Positions 1 through 7,176 of a DNA stretch of 64,000 bases are shown here, one piece after another. The translations under genes were made by a program, and so were the position numbers. Within the stretch, counting starts at the first letter, position 1. Every line of letters begins with the position of its first letter. Source of the stretch: Candidatus Limnocylindria bacterium. GTDB lineage: Bacteria; Chloroflexota; Limnocylindria; QHBO01. The notes below the pieces were generated by a model. The model saw nothing but the letters and a program-made list of their open reading frames with translations. It did not search any database and was not told where the DNA came from. The DNA lies in contig DATBIW010000090.1 of assembly GCA_036556745.1 (NCBI GenBank), forward strand, positions 1,594-65,593. Direction: 5' to 3'.

Positions 1-938
1 TCCAGCCGATCCAGACCGGGTTCGTCCCCTTCGACAAGGCCATCGGCGGCGGACTCCGGTCCGGCGAGCTGTTCCTGATCGGCGGGGCGCAGGGCTCGGG
101 CAAGACCACCCTCGCCCTCCAGATGGCCCGCAACATGGCAGCCTCCGGCCAGGCGACCGTCCTGTACGTCTGCTTCGAGCACGAGGAGGACTACCTCGTC
201 CAGCGGATGATCGCCATGGAGTCGGCCCTGGCCACCCTGCCCAAGAAGACCGGCGCGGTGAAGATCCAGGACGTCCGCCAGGAGGTCCTCTCGACTTTCG
301 AGGCGGCTGCCGAGGCCGGGCAGGTCGCCAAGCTCGGGGCGAACCCGCGGCTCCGGCCCTCGCTCGAGCGGATCGCCCGCTACGGGAACTCGATGTACCT
401 GATGCGCGGCACGGCCACCGGCAGCACGATCGACAACCTGAGGGCCCTGGTCGAGGCGCGCCGCGGCGGTCCCGACCAGCGACTCGTCCTGTTCGTGGAC
501 TACCTCCAGAAGGTCCCGGTCCTCCCCGAGCCGCCCGACGAGACCGAGAAGGTCACCCGGGTCGTGAACGGGCTGAAGGACATCGCCCTGGCCGAGGAGA
601 TCGGGGTCGTGGCCATCGTGGCCGCCGACCGCGAGGGCCTGAAGGCGAAGCGCCTGCGGAACCACCATCTCCGCGGCAGCAGCGCGATCAACTACGAGGC
701 CGACATCATCCTGATCCTGAACGACAAGTACAACATCGTGGCCAAGGTGAACATCGAGTTCAACCCGTACCAGGCCCAGCGCTACCGCGACTGGGTGGTG
801 GCCACGGTCGAGAAGAACCGCGGTGGTCAGGACAACGTCGACCTGGAGTGGCAGAAGCTCTTCCAGTACTCGTGCTTCGATCCGAATGGCCGGATCACCG
901 CCGAGAAGCTGATCGAAGAGCGCCTCTACACCGAGTAA
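1..938 (+). CDS. DnaB-family RecA-fold ATPase (helicase C-terminal-like domain); 5' end lies outside the window
   Basis: Frame 3 is open from base 3 to the stop at 936-938; the ORF track only starts at the internal Met at 123. Bases 3-122 translate to QPIQTGFVPFDKAIGGGLRSGELFLIGGAQGSGKTTLALQ (Walker A). Downstream LFVDYLQKV matches the DnaB 'DYLQ' motif. LKDIALAEEIGVVAIVAADRE and LRGSSAINYEADIILIL align with later DnaB motifs but are degenerate (SQLxR becomes AADRE; IEQDAD becomes INYEAD). Confidence 0.6.
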   Translation, partial: QPIQTGFVPFDKAIGGGLRSGELFLIGGAQGSGKTTLALQMARNMAASGQATVLYVCFEHEEDYLVQRMIAMESALATLPKKTGAVKIQDVRQEVLSTFEAAAEAGQVAKLGANPRLRPSLERIARYGNSMYLMRGTATGSTIDNLRALVEARRGGPDQRLVLFVDYLQKVPVLPEPPDETEKVTRVVNGLKDIALAEEIGVVAIVAADREGLKAKRLRNHHLRGSSAINYEADIILILNDKYNIVAKVNIEFNPYQAQRYRDWVVATVEKNRGGQDNVDLEWQKLFQYSCFDPNGRITAEKLIEERLYTE

Positions 939-954
939 AGGCGCTCCCGGCGCC

Positions 955-1389
955 GTGGATGCCTACCGGGTCCTGCAGGTCGCGCCCGACTGCGAGGACG
1001 AGGTCATCCACGGGGCGTACCGCGCGCTCGCGCTGAAGTACCACCCCGACCGCGACGGGACCCAGTACGCCGCCAAGCGGATGGCCGACCTCAACCTGGC
1101 CTATGCCCAGGTCCGCGACCCGCGGGTTCGAGCCCGGCATGACGCCGCGCGGCGCCGGGCGGAGGCGAGCCCTGCCAGCCGCGGGCCGTCGCCGGCCCCG
1201 ATGCCGCCCGCGCGCGCCGCGGCGGCCGGGACGCGCCTGACCTTCGGCCGCTATGCCGGCTGGACGCTCCGCGACCTCGCCCGCCAGGACCCCGACTACC
1301 TCCGCTGGCTGTCACGCCACTCCTCCGGCGTCCGGTACCGGACCGAGATCTACCAGATCCTCACGAGGTCCGAGCCCAGCGTCGCCTAG
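955..1389 (+). CDS. J-domain protein with C-terminal DUF3820/ExoX-C-like module
   Basis: DAYRVLQV...YRALALKYHPDRDG carries the HPD tripeptide of J-domains. A Pro/Ala/Arg-rich linker follows. The C-terminal RLTFGRYAGWTLRDLARQDPDYLRWL resembles the FGK(Y/H)KGxTL...YLxWL motif I recall from DUF3820 and exonuclease X C-termini. No DnaJ Zn-finger or substrate-binding domains are present. Confidence 0.7.
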   Translation: MDAYRVLQVAPDCEDEVIHGAYRALALKYHPDRDGTQYAAKRMADLNLAYAQVRDPRVRARHDAARRRAEASPASRGPSPAPMPPARAAAAGTRLTFGRYAGWTLRDLARQDPDYLRWLSRHSSGVRYRTEIYQILTRSEPSVA

Positions 1390-1392
1390 GCT

Positions 1393-2118
1393 TTGGGCGT
1401 GACCAGACCCCCGCTGCGGGCCGTCTTCCTCGACGTCGGCGAGACGCTGATGCGTCCCGACCCGACCTGGGAGCACGTCTATGCCCGCGCGTTCGAGACG
1501 TTTGGCGTGGAGGTGGACTTCGATGCCCTCCAGCACGCCCTGCGCACCGTCTACCAGGGCGGCGGCTACGGGTTCGACGGAACCTTCGAGCCGAGCCCGG
1601 AGCACAGCCATCGGCGGCTGGTCGAGATGGACCGCCACGCGTTCTCCCAGATCGACCTGGCGCCGATGCCGGACGAGTTCTTCGTCCACCTGGCCGAGCT
1701 CTTCCAGGACCCCGCGACCTGGCTGGTCTTCCCCGACGTCCGGCCGGCCCTCGAGACGCTGAAGGCTCGCGGCCTGGTCCTGGGCGCGGTCTCGAACTGG
1801 GCGTGGCAGCTGCCCGAGCTGCTCGACGGCCTGGGGCTGGGCCGCTACCTCGACTTCGTGGCGGCCAGCGCCCGGGTCGGATTCGACAAGCCGCACCCAG
1901 GGATCTTCACCTGGGCCCTCGAGCAGGCCGGCGTCCCGGCCGACACGGTCCTCCACGTGGGCGACCACCTCGATGCCGACGTGGCCGGGGCCCGGGCGCT
2001 GGGGATCGACGCGGTCCTGGTCGATCGCCGCGGCCGGTACCAGCCGCCTCCCGAGGACGTGCCGGTCATCAGCTCGTTCGACGAGCTCGTTCCGCTGGTC
2101 GATGCCCGCCTCGCCTGA
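1393..2118 (+). CDS. HAD-superfamily hydrolase, subfamily IA (REG-2-like)
   Basis: Motif I is AVFLDVGETL, with the second Asp replaced by Gly as in REG-2-like HADs. Also present are GAVSNW, FDKPHPGIF and HVGDHLDADVAGARALG. The start may instead be GTG 1399. Confidence 0.8.
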   Translation: MGVTRPPLRAVFLDVGETLMRPDPTWEHVYARAFETFGVEVDFDALQHALRTVYQGGGYGFDGTFEPSPEHSHRRLVEMDRHAFSQIDLAPMPDEFFVHLAELFQDPATWLVFPDVRPALETLKARGLVLGAVSNWAWQLPELLDGLGLGRYLDFVAASARVGFDKPHPGIFTWALEQAGVPADTVLHVGDHLDADVAGARALGIDAVLVDRRGRYQPPPEDVPVISSFDELVPLVDARLA

Positions 2119-2692
2119 GGCGTGGCGCTGCTTCGTGGCCGTGCCGGCCCCGCCGGACCTGCGGCTCGCGCTCGAGGACGCCGTGGCGGGCTGGCGGCGT
2201 GAGGCCGGCGCGCCCGACCTCCGCTGGGCCGACCCCGCAGGCTGGCACCTGACCCTGGCCTTCCTGGGCCAGACCGACGCCGCGCAGATCCCCGCACTGG
2301 CCGCGACCCTGGACGAGGTCGTCGCGGCGGCCGTTCCGTTCACCATCTCGACCGGTCGGCTCGGGGCCTTTCCACGGCCCGGGGCGGCCCTGAGCGCGTG
2401 GCTGGGGATCGAGGACCTGGAGGGCCACCTGCGAGACCTGGCCGCCGCGGTCCAGGCCGCCGTCCTCGACCCCGACCGCCGGCGGCCGCTCCGGGCGCAC
2501 CTGACCCTGGGCCGGAGCCGCGCGCGTCGGGGCGAGCCGCTCGCCGGCTGGCTCGAGTCGCGCTCGTTCCCCGCCATGCCGATCGGGGTGTCGGAGGTCG
2601 TCCTGTACCGGAGCCACCTCGGTCGGGGCCCCGCCCGCTACGAGCGGCTTGCGGCCGCGGCCCTGGGCGGCGCAGGATCGGCCCATGGCTGA
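2102..2692 (+). CDS. thpR: RNA 2',3'-cyclic phosphodiesterase / 2'-5' RNA ligase family (2H phosphoesterase)
   Basis: Two H-x-T-x motifs are present (WHLTLAFLG and AHLTLGRS) and the length is about 196 aa. I trimmed the ORF-track start (1973) to ATG 2102, which overlaps the HAD stop by 17 nt. Confidence 0.8.
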   Translation: MPASPEAWRCFVAVPAPPDLRLALEDAVAGWRREAGAPDLRWADPAGWHLTLAFLGQTDAAQIPALAATLDEVVAAAVPFTISTGRLGAFPRPGAALSAWLGIEDLEGHLRDLAAAVQAAVLDPDRRRPLRAHLTLGRSRARRGEPLAGWLESRSFPAMPIGVSEVVLYRSHLGRGPARYERLAAAALGGAGSAHG

Positions 2693-3218
2693 CGCGCCGC
2701 CCCGCCCACGTCGAGCGCCGGTCGTGGCGGTGATCGGGGACGGCGACCCCCGGGGCCCGGACGCAGACCGGATCCTGGGCTGGGCCGAGGAGGTCGGCCA
2801 GCTCCTGGCCCGTGGCGGCGCCACGGTGGTGACCGGCGGGCTGGGCGGGGTGATGCGCGCCGCGTCCAAGGGCGCGGCCTCCGAGGGAGGCGTGACGATC
2901 GGGATCCTTCCCGGCGCGGATGCCGGGGAGGCGAACGAGTACGTGAGCCTGGCCATCCCCACCGGCCTGGGCGTCGTCCGGAACCTGGTGGTCGTGACGT
3001 CGGCCGATGCCGTCCTCGCGGTCGGCGGGCGGCACGGAACGCTCTCCGAGATCGGGCTGGCGCTCCGGATGGGGCGGCAGGTGGTGGCGCTCGGGTCGTG
3101 GCGCGTCGAGTCCGACCAGCGGATGGGCGGACCGCGTCTGCACCGGGCCCGCGACCCGCGCGAGGCGGCCCAGCTCGCACTCCGGCTGGCCCAGGCGGGA
3201 CCGGTCAACCCCGCCTGA
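2685..3218 (+). CDS. TIGR00725 / LOG-like (SLOG superfamily) Rossmann-fold protein
   Basis: VVAVIGDG...VVTGGLGGVMRAASKGA..GGVTIGILP...IPTGLGVVRN...AVGGRHGTLSEI matches the LOG/TIGR00725 pattern, including the GGxGTxxE motif. ATG 2685 overlaps the thpR stop by 8 nt. Confidence 0.7.
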   Translation: MADAPPRPRRAPVVAVIGDGDPRGPDADRILGWAEEVGQLLARGGATVVTGGLGGVMRAASKGAASEGGVTIGILPGADAGEANEYVSLAIPTGLGVVRNLVVVTSADAVLAVGGRHGTLSEIGLALRMGRQVVALGSWRVESDQRMGGPRLHRARDPREAAQLALRLAQAGPVNPA

Positions 3219-3226
3219 CCGGCCCG

Positions 3227-3853
3227 GTGAGCGACGTCGAGCAGGTCCTCGTCCTGCCACGCACGGACGTGCCCGGGGGATGCGACTTCCTGGGCGTCCG
3301 AGCGGCGACCGCCGCCGAGGTGGACGACCTGCGAGCGGCCATCGACCGCCATGGCCGGTGGGTGGACCGGCCGCTCGCCGAGGCGGCTCCGTCCCTGAAG
3401 CAGGTGATCCCGTACGTTGTCGTCCGCGACCGCTCGTCGGCACCCGAGCGCGTCTTCCTCATGGAGCGGACCAATGCCGGAGGCGATCCGCGGCTGCACC
3501 ACAAGGCCACCATCGGGGTGGGCGGCCACATCAACCCGGTGGACGTCGGAGAGGCCACGGCGGGACTGCTCGACGCCGGCTTGCGCCGGGAGTGGGGCGA
3601 GGAGCTCGACGCGGCGTGGGACCCGGAGTTCACCCTGGTCGGCTACCTGAACGACGATCGGAACGCGGTGGGATCGGTCCACCTCGGGGTCGTCTTCAGC
3701 GTGGATGCCGAAGGCCGCGCGGTGAGCGTGCGCGAAGCGGACAAGCTCTCGGGCCGGTTCGCCCCGGTCGCCGAGGTGCAGGCCGCGTGGGACCGCCTCG
3801 AGACGTGGTCCCAGCTCGTCGTGGCCTCGGTCTGGGGCGAACCGACCGGCTGA
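3227..3853 (+). CDS. YmaB-like predicted phosphoesterase (COG4112, degenerate Nudix fold)
   Basis: VLVLPR...KQVIPYVVV...RLHHKATIGVGGHINP...GLRREWGEEL...VGYLNDDRNAVGSVHLGVVF matches my recollection of B. subtilis YmaB-type proteins. The Nudix box is only partial (REWGEEL). The start is GTG 3227, 8 nt after the previous stop. Confidence 0.55.
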   Translation: MSDVEQVLVLPRTDVPGGCDFLGVRAATAAEVDDLRAAIDRHGRWVDRPLAEAAPSLKQVIPYVVVRDRSSAPERVFLMERTNAGGDPRLHHKATIGVGGHINPVDVGEATAGLLDAGLRREWGEELDAAWDPEFTLVGYLNDDRNAVGSVHLGVVFSVDAEGRAVSVREADKLSGRFAPVAEVQAAWDRLETWSQLVVASVWGEPTG

Positions 3854-3889
3854 CCCAGCACGCGGCCGGGGCGCTCGTATACTCGAAGC

Positions 3890-5245
3890 GTGGCAGTCCT
3901 GCGGCGTGGCATGGCGAGCGCCCTGCTGCTCGCCGGGCTCGTGGCGTCCTCGGTGGCGGCCGGGGAGGAGCCGGTTGCCCAGGTCGAGCTGACCGGGGTC
4001 ATCGACCAGGTCAACGCCTCGTACGTCGAGGAGGGGATCGAGGCCGCCGCCGCCTCCGGCGCGGTCGCGGTCCTGATCGAGATCGACTCGCCGGGCGGCG
4101 AGCTGACGAGCACCGACCGCATCGTCAAGGCCATCCTGAACAGCCCGATCCCGGTGATCACCTGGGTGACCCCGTCCGGCGCGCAGGCGGCCTCGGCCGC
4201 GACGTTCATCACCCTGGCCGGGGACGTGGCCGCCATGGCGCCCCAGACCACGATCGGCGCCGCATCGGTCGTCGGCTCCGGTGGGGAGGACCTGCCGGCG
4301 ACGCTGGCGTCGAAGATCACCAACGACCTGGTCGCCGAGATCCGTGAGCTGGCCGAAGCCCACAACCGCAACGCCGACTGGGCCGAATCGGCCGTCCGCG
4401 ACGCGGCCAGCATCGGCTCGGCCGATGCGGTCGAGCTCGAGCCGCCGGTGGTCGACATCCTGGCCGGCACGACCGACGAGCTGTTCGCGGCCATCGACAC
4501 CGGGGAGCGGGCCGACGGCTACCCGTACACCTTCGAGGGCGAGCCGCTGCCGACTCTCTCGGGACGAGAGCTGATGCCGATCTCGATGAACGTCGGCCAG
4601 CAGCTGCTCCACATCCTCAGCGACCCGAACATCGCGTTCCTGCTGTTCACGATCGGCTTCTACGGGATCCTGGCCGAGCTGTTCCACCCGAACTTCTTCT
4701 CGGGCATCGTGGGGGCGATCGCCATCGTCCTGGCCTTCATTGGCTCCAACAGCCTCCCCCTGAACGTCGGTGGGCTGGTGCTGATCGCGATCGGCATCGG
4801 GCTCTTCGCCCTCGAGCTGGTGGTCTCCTCGTACGGGCTGCTCACCGTCGCCGGGATCGTGGCCCTGGTGCTGGGCGCGTCGGCCCTCTACACCGGGGTG
4901 GACGGCACCGACGCGGTCCAGGTCCAGGTCGACCCGTGGCTGATCGGCATCCCGATCGTCCTCGCGGTCGGCCTCATTGCCCTGGTCGCGCGCGGGATGG
5001 TCGACATCCGGCGACGGGCGGCGCCCACCCAGCCGATGCTGGCCCTGGTCGGGGTGGCGGGCACCGCCGAAACGCCGATCGCGCCGACCGGGATCGCGCA
5101 GGCCCAGGGCGAGTCGTGGAGCGCCCGAGTCCGCCAGGGCGTCATCCGCCCGGGCGAGGCGCTCAAGGTGGTGGGGGTCGAAGGTCTCGAGCTCATCGTC
5201 GAACCGGCGGGCGGCCGGCCCGATTCCGCCCCCGAAGAGGAGTAA
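3890..5245 (+). CDS. NfeD-family membrane-bound ClpP-class serine protease (long form)
   Basis: There is an N-terminal signal/TM segment. A ClpP-like region follows (VLIEIDSPGGEL...GAQAASAATFITLAGD), then several TM helices. The C-terminal OB-like NfeD domain is GESWSARVRQGVIRPGEALKVVGVEGLELIV. A stomatin gene lies immediately downstream. Confidence 0.85.
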   Translation: MAVLRRGMASALLLAGLVASSVAAGEEPVAQVELTGVIDQVNASYVEEGIEAAAASGAVAVLIEIDSPGGELTSTDRIVKAILNSPIPVITWVTPSGAQAASAATFITLAGDVAAMAPQTTIGAASVVGSGGEDLPATLASKITNDLVAEIRELAEAHNRNADWAESAVRDAASIGSADAVELEPPVVDILAGTTDELFAAIDTGERADGYPYTFEGEPLPTLSGRELMPISMNVGQQLLHILSDPNIAFLLFTIGFYGILAELFHPNFFSGIVGAIAIVLAFIGSNSLPLNVGGLVLIAIGIGLFALELVVSSYGLLTVAGIVALVLGASALYTGVDGTDAVQVQVDPWLIGIPIVLAVGLIALVARGMVDIRRRAAPTQPMLALVGVAGTAETPIAPTGIAQAQGESWSARVRQGVIRPGEALKVVGVEGLELIVEPAGGRPDSAPEEE

Positions 5246-5248
5246 CCC

Positions 5249-6157
5249 ATGGAAGCCCTGATCCCGATCGCCATCCTGATCATCGCCCTGGCGCTTGTCC
5301 TGTGGCTGATCTTCAGCATCGTCAACATCGTCCGGGAGTACGAGCGCCTGGTCGTGTTCTTCCTCGGCCGGCTCCAGGGGGCGAAGGGTCCGGGCGTGGT
5401 CCTCCTGATCCCGATCATCCAGCAGGCGGTGAAGGTCGACCTCCGCGAGTTCTTCCTCGAGGTCCCCCAGCAGACCTGCATCACGAAGGACAACGCGCCG
5501 ATCAACATCGACTTCCTCGTCTACTCGAAAGTGTTCGAGCCGTCGACCAGCGTGACCGCGATCACCGACTTCCGCGGCGCCAGCCAGGCCCTGGCGGCAA
5601 CCACCCTGCGTGCCGTCATCGGCGACATCCCGCTCGACGACGTGCTGGCCAAGCGGGAGGAGATCAACAACATCCTGCGGACGAAGCTCGACGAGGTGAC
5701 CCACCGCTGGGGCGTCAAGGTGACGAGCGTCGAGATCCGCGAGATCGTGCCGCCGCGCGACATCCAGGACGCCATGAACCGCCAGATGAGTGCCGAGCGG
5801 AACCGGCGCGCGGTGATCACCGAGTCGGAGGGCACCCGCCAGGCCTCGATCAACGTGGCCGAAGGTGACAAGCAGTCCACGATCCTCCGGGCCGAGGGTG
5901 ACAAGCAGAGCGCCATCCTCCGCGCGGAGGGCGAGAAGCAGGCCCAGGCGCTGCGCGCCGAAGGCTTCGGGACCGCGCTGACGACGATCTTCGGCGCGGC
6001 CAACCCGGTCGACCAGAAGACGATGCAGATCCAGTACCTCGAGGTGCTCCGCGCGCTGGCCGCGTCGGACACGAAGACCTGGATCGTGCCGATGGAGCTC
6101 TCCGAGCTGACCCGCCAGATCGGCGACACGCTCGGTGGCGGGAGATCGGAGCCCTGA
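5249..6157 (+). CDS. SPFH / band-7 stomatin-like protein
   Basis: An N-terminal TM helix is followed by REYERLVVFFLGR...PGVVLLIPI...TKDNAPINIDFLVYSKV, which is typical of the SPFH domain. The C-terminal coiled coil has AEG(D/E)KQ repeats. Confidence 0.9.
   Translation: MEALIPIAILIIALALVLWLIFSIVNIVREYERLVVFFLGRLQGAKGPGVVLLIPIIQQAVKVDLREFFLEVPQQTCITKDNAPINIDFLVYSKVFEPSTSVTAITDFRGASQALAATTLRAVIGDIPLDDVLAKREEINNILRTKLDEVTHRWGVKVTSVEIREIVPPRDIQDAMNRQMSAERNRRAVITESEGTRQASINVAEGDKQSTILRAEGDKQSAILRAEGEKQAQALRAEGFGTALTTIFGAANPVDQKTMQIQYLEVLRALAASDTKTWIVPMELSELTRQIGDTLGGGRSEP
5858..5965 (+). repeat. In-frame 33-nt tandem repeat (about 3.2 copies) encoding AEGDKQS(T/A)ILR units of the stomatin coiled coil
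   Basis: Units lie at 5858-5890, 5891-5923 and 5924-5956, with a partial fourth copy. The copies are diverged and remain in frame. Confidence 0.8.
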
Positions 6158-6210
6158 GCGGCGACCGCGGCTCGCGCGGGCGGGGGATTCTCGCCGCGCT
6201 CGGCGCCCTG

Positions 6211-7116
6211 GTGGGGGCGGTGACCGCCGGCTACTTCGGGTACGTCGGGGTCGTCGGCTCCCGGCGGGTCGTCACTCCCGTGCTTCACGGCCTGGACGAG
6301 GTGCCGGAGCTGCCGACTTCGCCCGCCGACCTCGGGATGCCGCACGAGGCGGTGCGCTTCACGACCGACGACGGGGTGACGCTCGACGGGTGGCTGATCC
6401 CGGCGGCGCGTGACACGCGGGCCGCCGTGATCCTGCTCCACGGGTTCAGCTGGCACCGGGTGCCGTGGCTCTCGTTCTTCGTGCCGTGGCTCCGGGAGCG
6501 CTACCACGTCCTCCAGTTCGACTTCCGCGGCCACGGGGCCTCCGATCCGGCCGCCACGACCCTCGGCTCGGCCGAGCGCCGTGACGTGGCCGCCGCCGTC
6601 CGGTTGCTCGAGGGGCGCGGCCTGGGCCCGATCGCCCTGTACGGGATCAGCATGGGCGGGGCCACGGCCATCCTTGCCGCTCCGGACCTGCCGGTGGCCG
6701 CGGTCATCGCCGATGCGGCGTACGCGGACATCCGCCACCCGATCGAGAACCGGATGCGGGAGGCGCGGCTGCCCCTGCCGCGGCTCGGCGCGTGGCTGAT
6801 CGTGGCCGGCGCGGCGGTCCGGAGCCGGACGCGGCTGATCTCGCCGGTCGACCGGGTGGCGGCGGTGGCGCCGCGGGGACTGCTCCTGATCGCCCCGCGG
6901 GAGGATCGGCTCGTCAGCTGGCGCCAGTCGGTTCGCCTGCACGAGGCCGCCGGGGAGCCCAAGGAGCTGTACGTCGTCCCGGGCGCGGCTCACGGGGAGG
7001 CGCGGATGGTCGGCGGCGAGGCGTACACCCAGCGGGTCCTCGCGTTCCTCGAGCGCCACCTCGAGGCGGAGGCCCGGCCGGCCGATGCCAAGGGAGCGGC
7101 AGGCAGCCGACTATAA
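6211..7116 (+). CDS. alpha/beta-fold hydrolase with N-terminal membrane anchor
   Basis: LLHGFSW (oxyanion region) and the nucleophile elbow GISMGGATA are present, with late Asp and His residues. A hydrophobic N-terminus is present. No ATG/GTG/TTG lies upstream of 6211 in this frame, so the true start is uncertain. Confidence 0.75.
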   Translation: MGAVTAGYFGYVGVVGSRRVVTPVLHGLDEVPELPTSPADLGMPHEAVRFTTDDGVTLDGWLIPAARDTRAAVILLHGFSWHRVPWLSFFVPWLRERYHVLQFDFRGHGASDPAATTLGSAERRDVAAAVRLLEGRGLGPIALYGISMGGATAILAAPDLPVAAVIADAAYADIRHPIENRMREARLPLPRLGAWLIVAGAAVRSRTRLISPVDRVAAVAPRGLLLIAPREDRLVSWRQSVRLHEAAGEPKELYVVPGAAHGEARMVGGEAYTQRVLAFLERHLEAEARPADAKGAAGSRL

Positions 7117-7117
7117 T
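7112..7117 (+). promoter_or_regulatory. Candidate -10 box TATAAT overlapping the stop codon of the hydrolase gene, about 60 nt upstream of ATG 7177
   Basis: This is a perfect consensus hexamer in a very GC-rich context. A GC-rich palindromic stem follows at 7118-7141 (ccgccc...gggcgg, with inner gcccgggc). Confidence 0.35.
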
Positions 7118-7176
7118 CCGCCCCGCGCCCGGGCCGGGCGGACCAGCCGGACCGGCCGGGGCTCTCACGAGGGCCC

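Noticed and set aside
2069-5704. 1211-aa ORF on the minus strand, the longest in this part of the track.
   Set aside because: It runs antisense to six well-supported + strand genes (HAD to stomatin). Its translation is Arg/Gly/Asp/Pro/Ala low-complexity with no recognisable motif. Long stop-free antisense frames are expected at this GC content.
5858-5965. 33-nt tandem repeat, considered as a possible CRISPR-like or VNTR element.
   Set aside because: It is in frame inside the stomatin gene. It encodes the AEG(D/E)KQxxILR heptad-like repeats typical of SPFH C-terminal coiled coils. The copies are diverged and have no spacers.
3890-6157. NfeD protease and stomatin pair considered as a novel membrane system.
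   Set aside because: This is the well-known, widely conserved NfeD-SPFH operon. Nothing unusual is seen beyond the downstream alpha/beta hydrolase.
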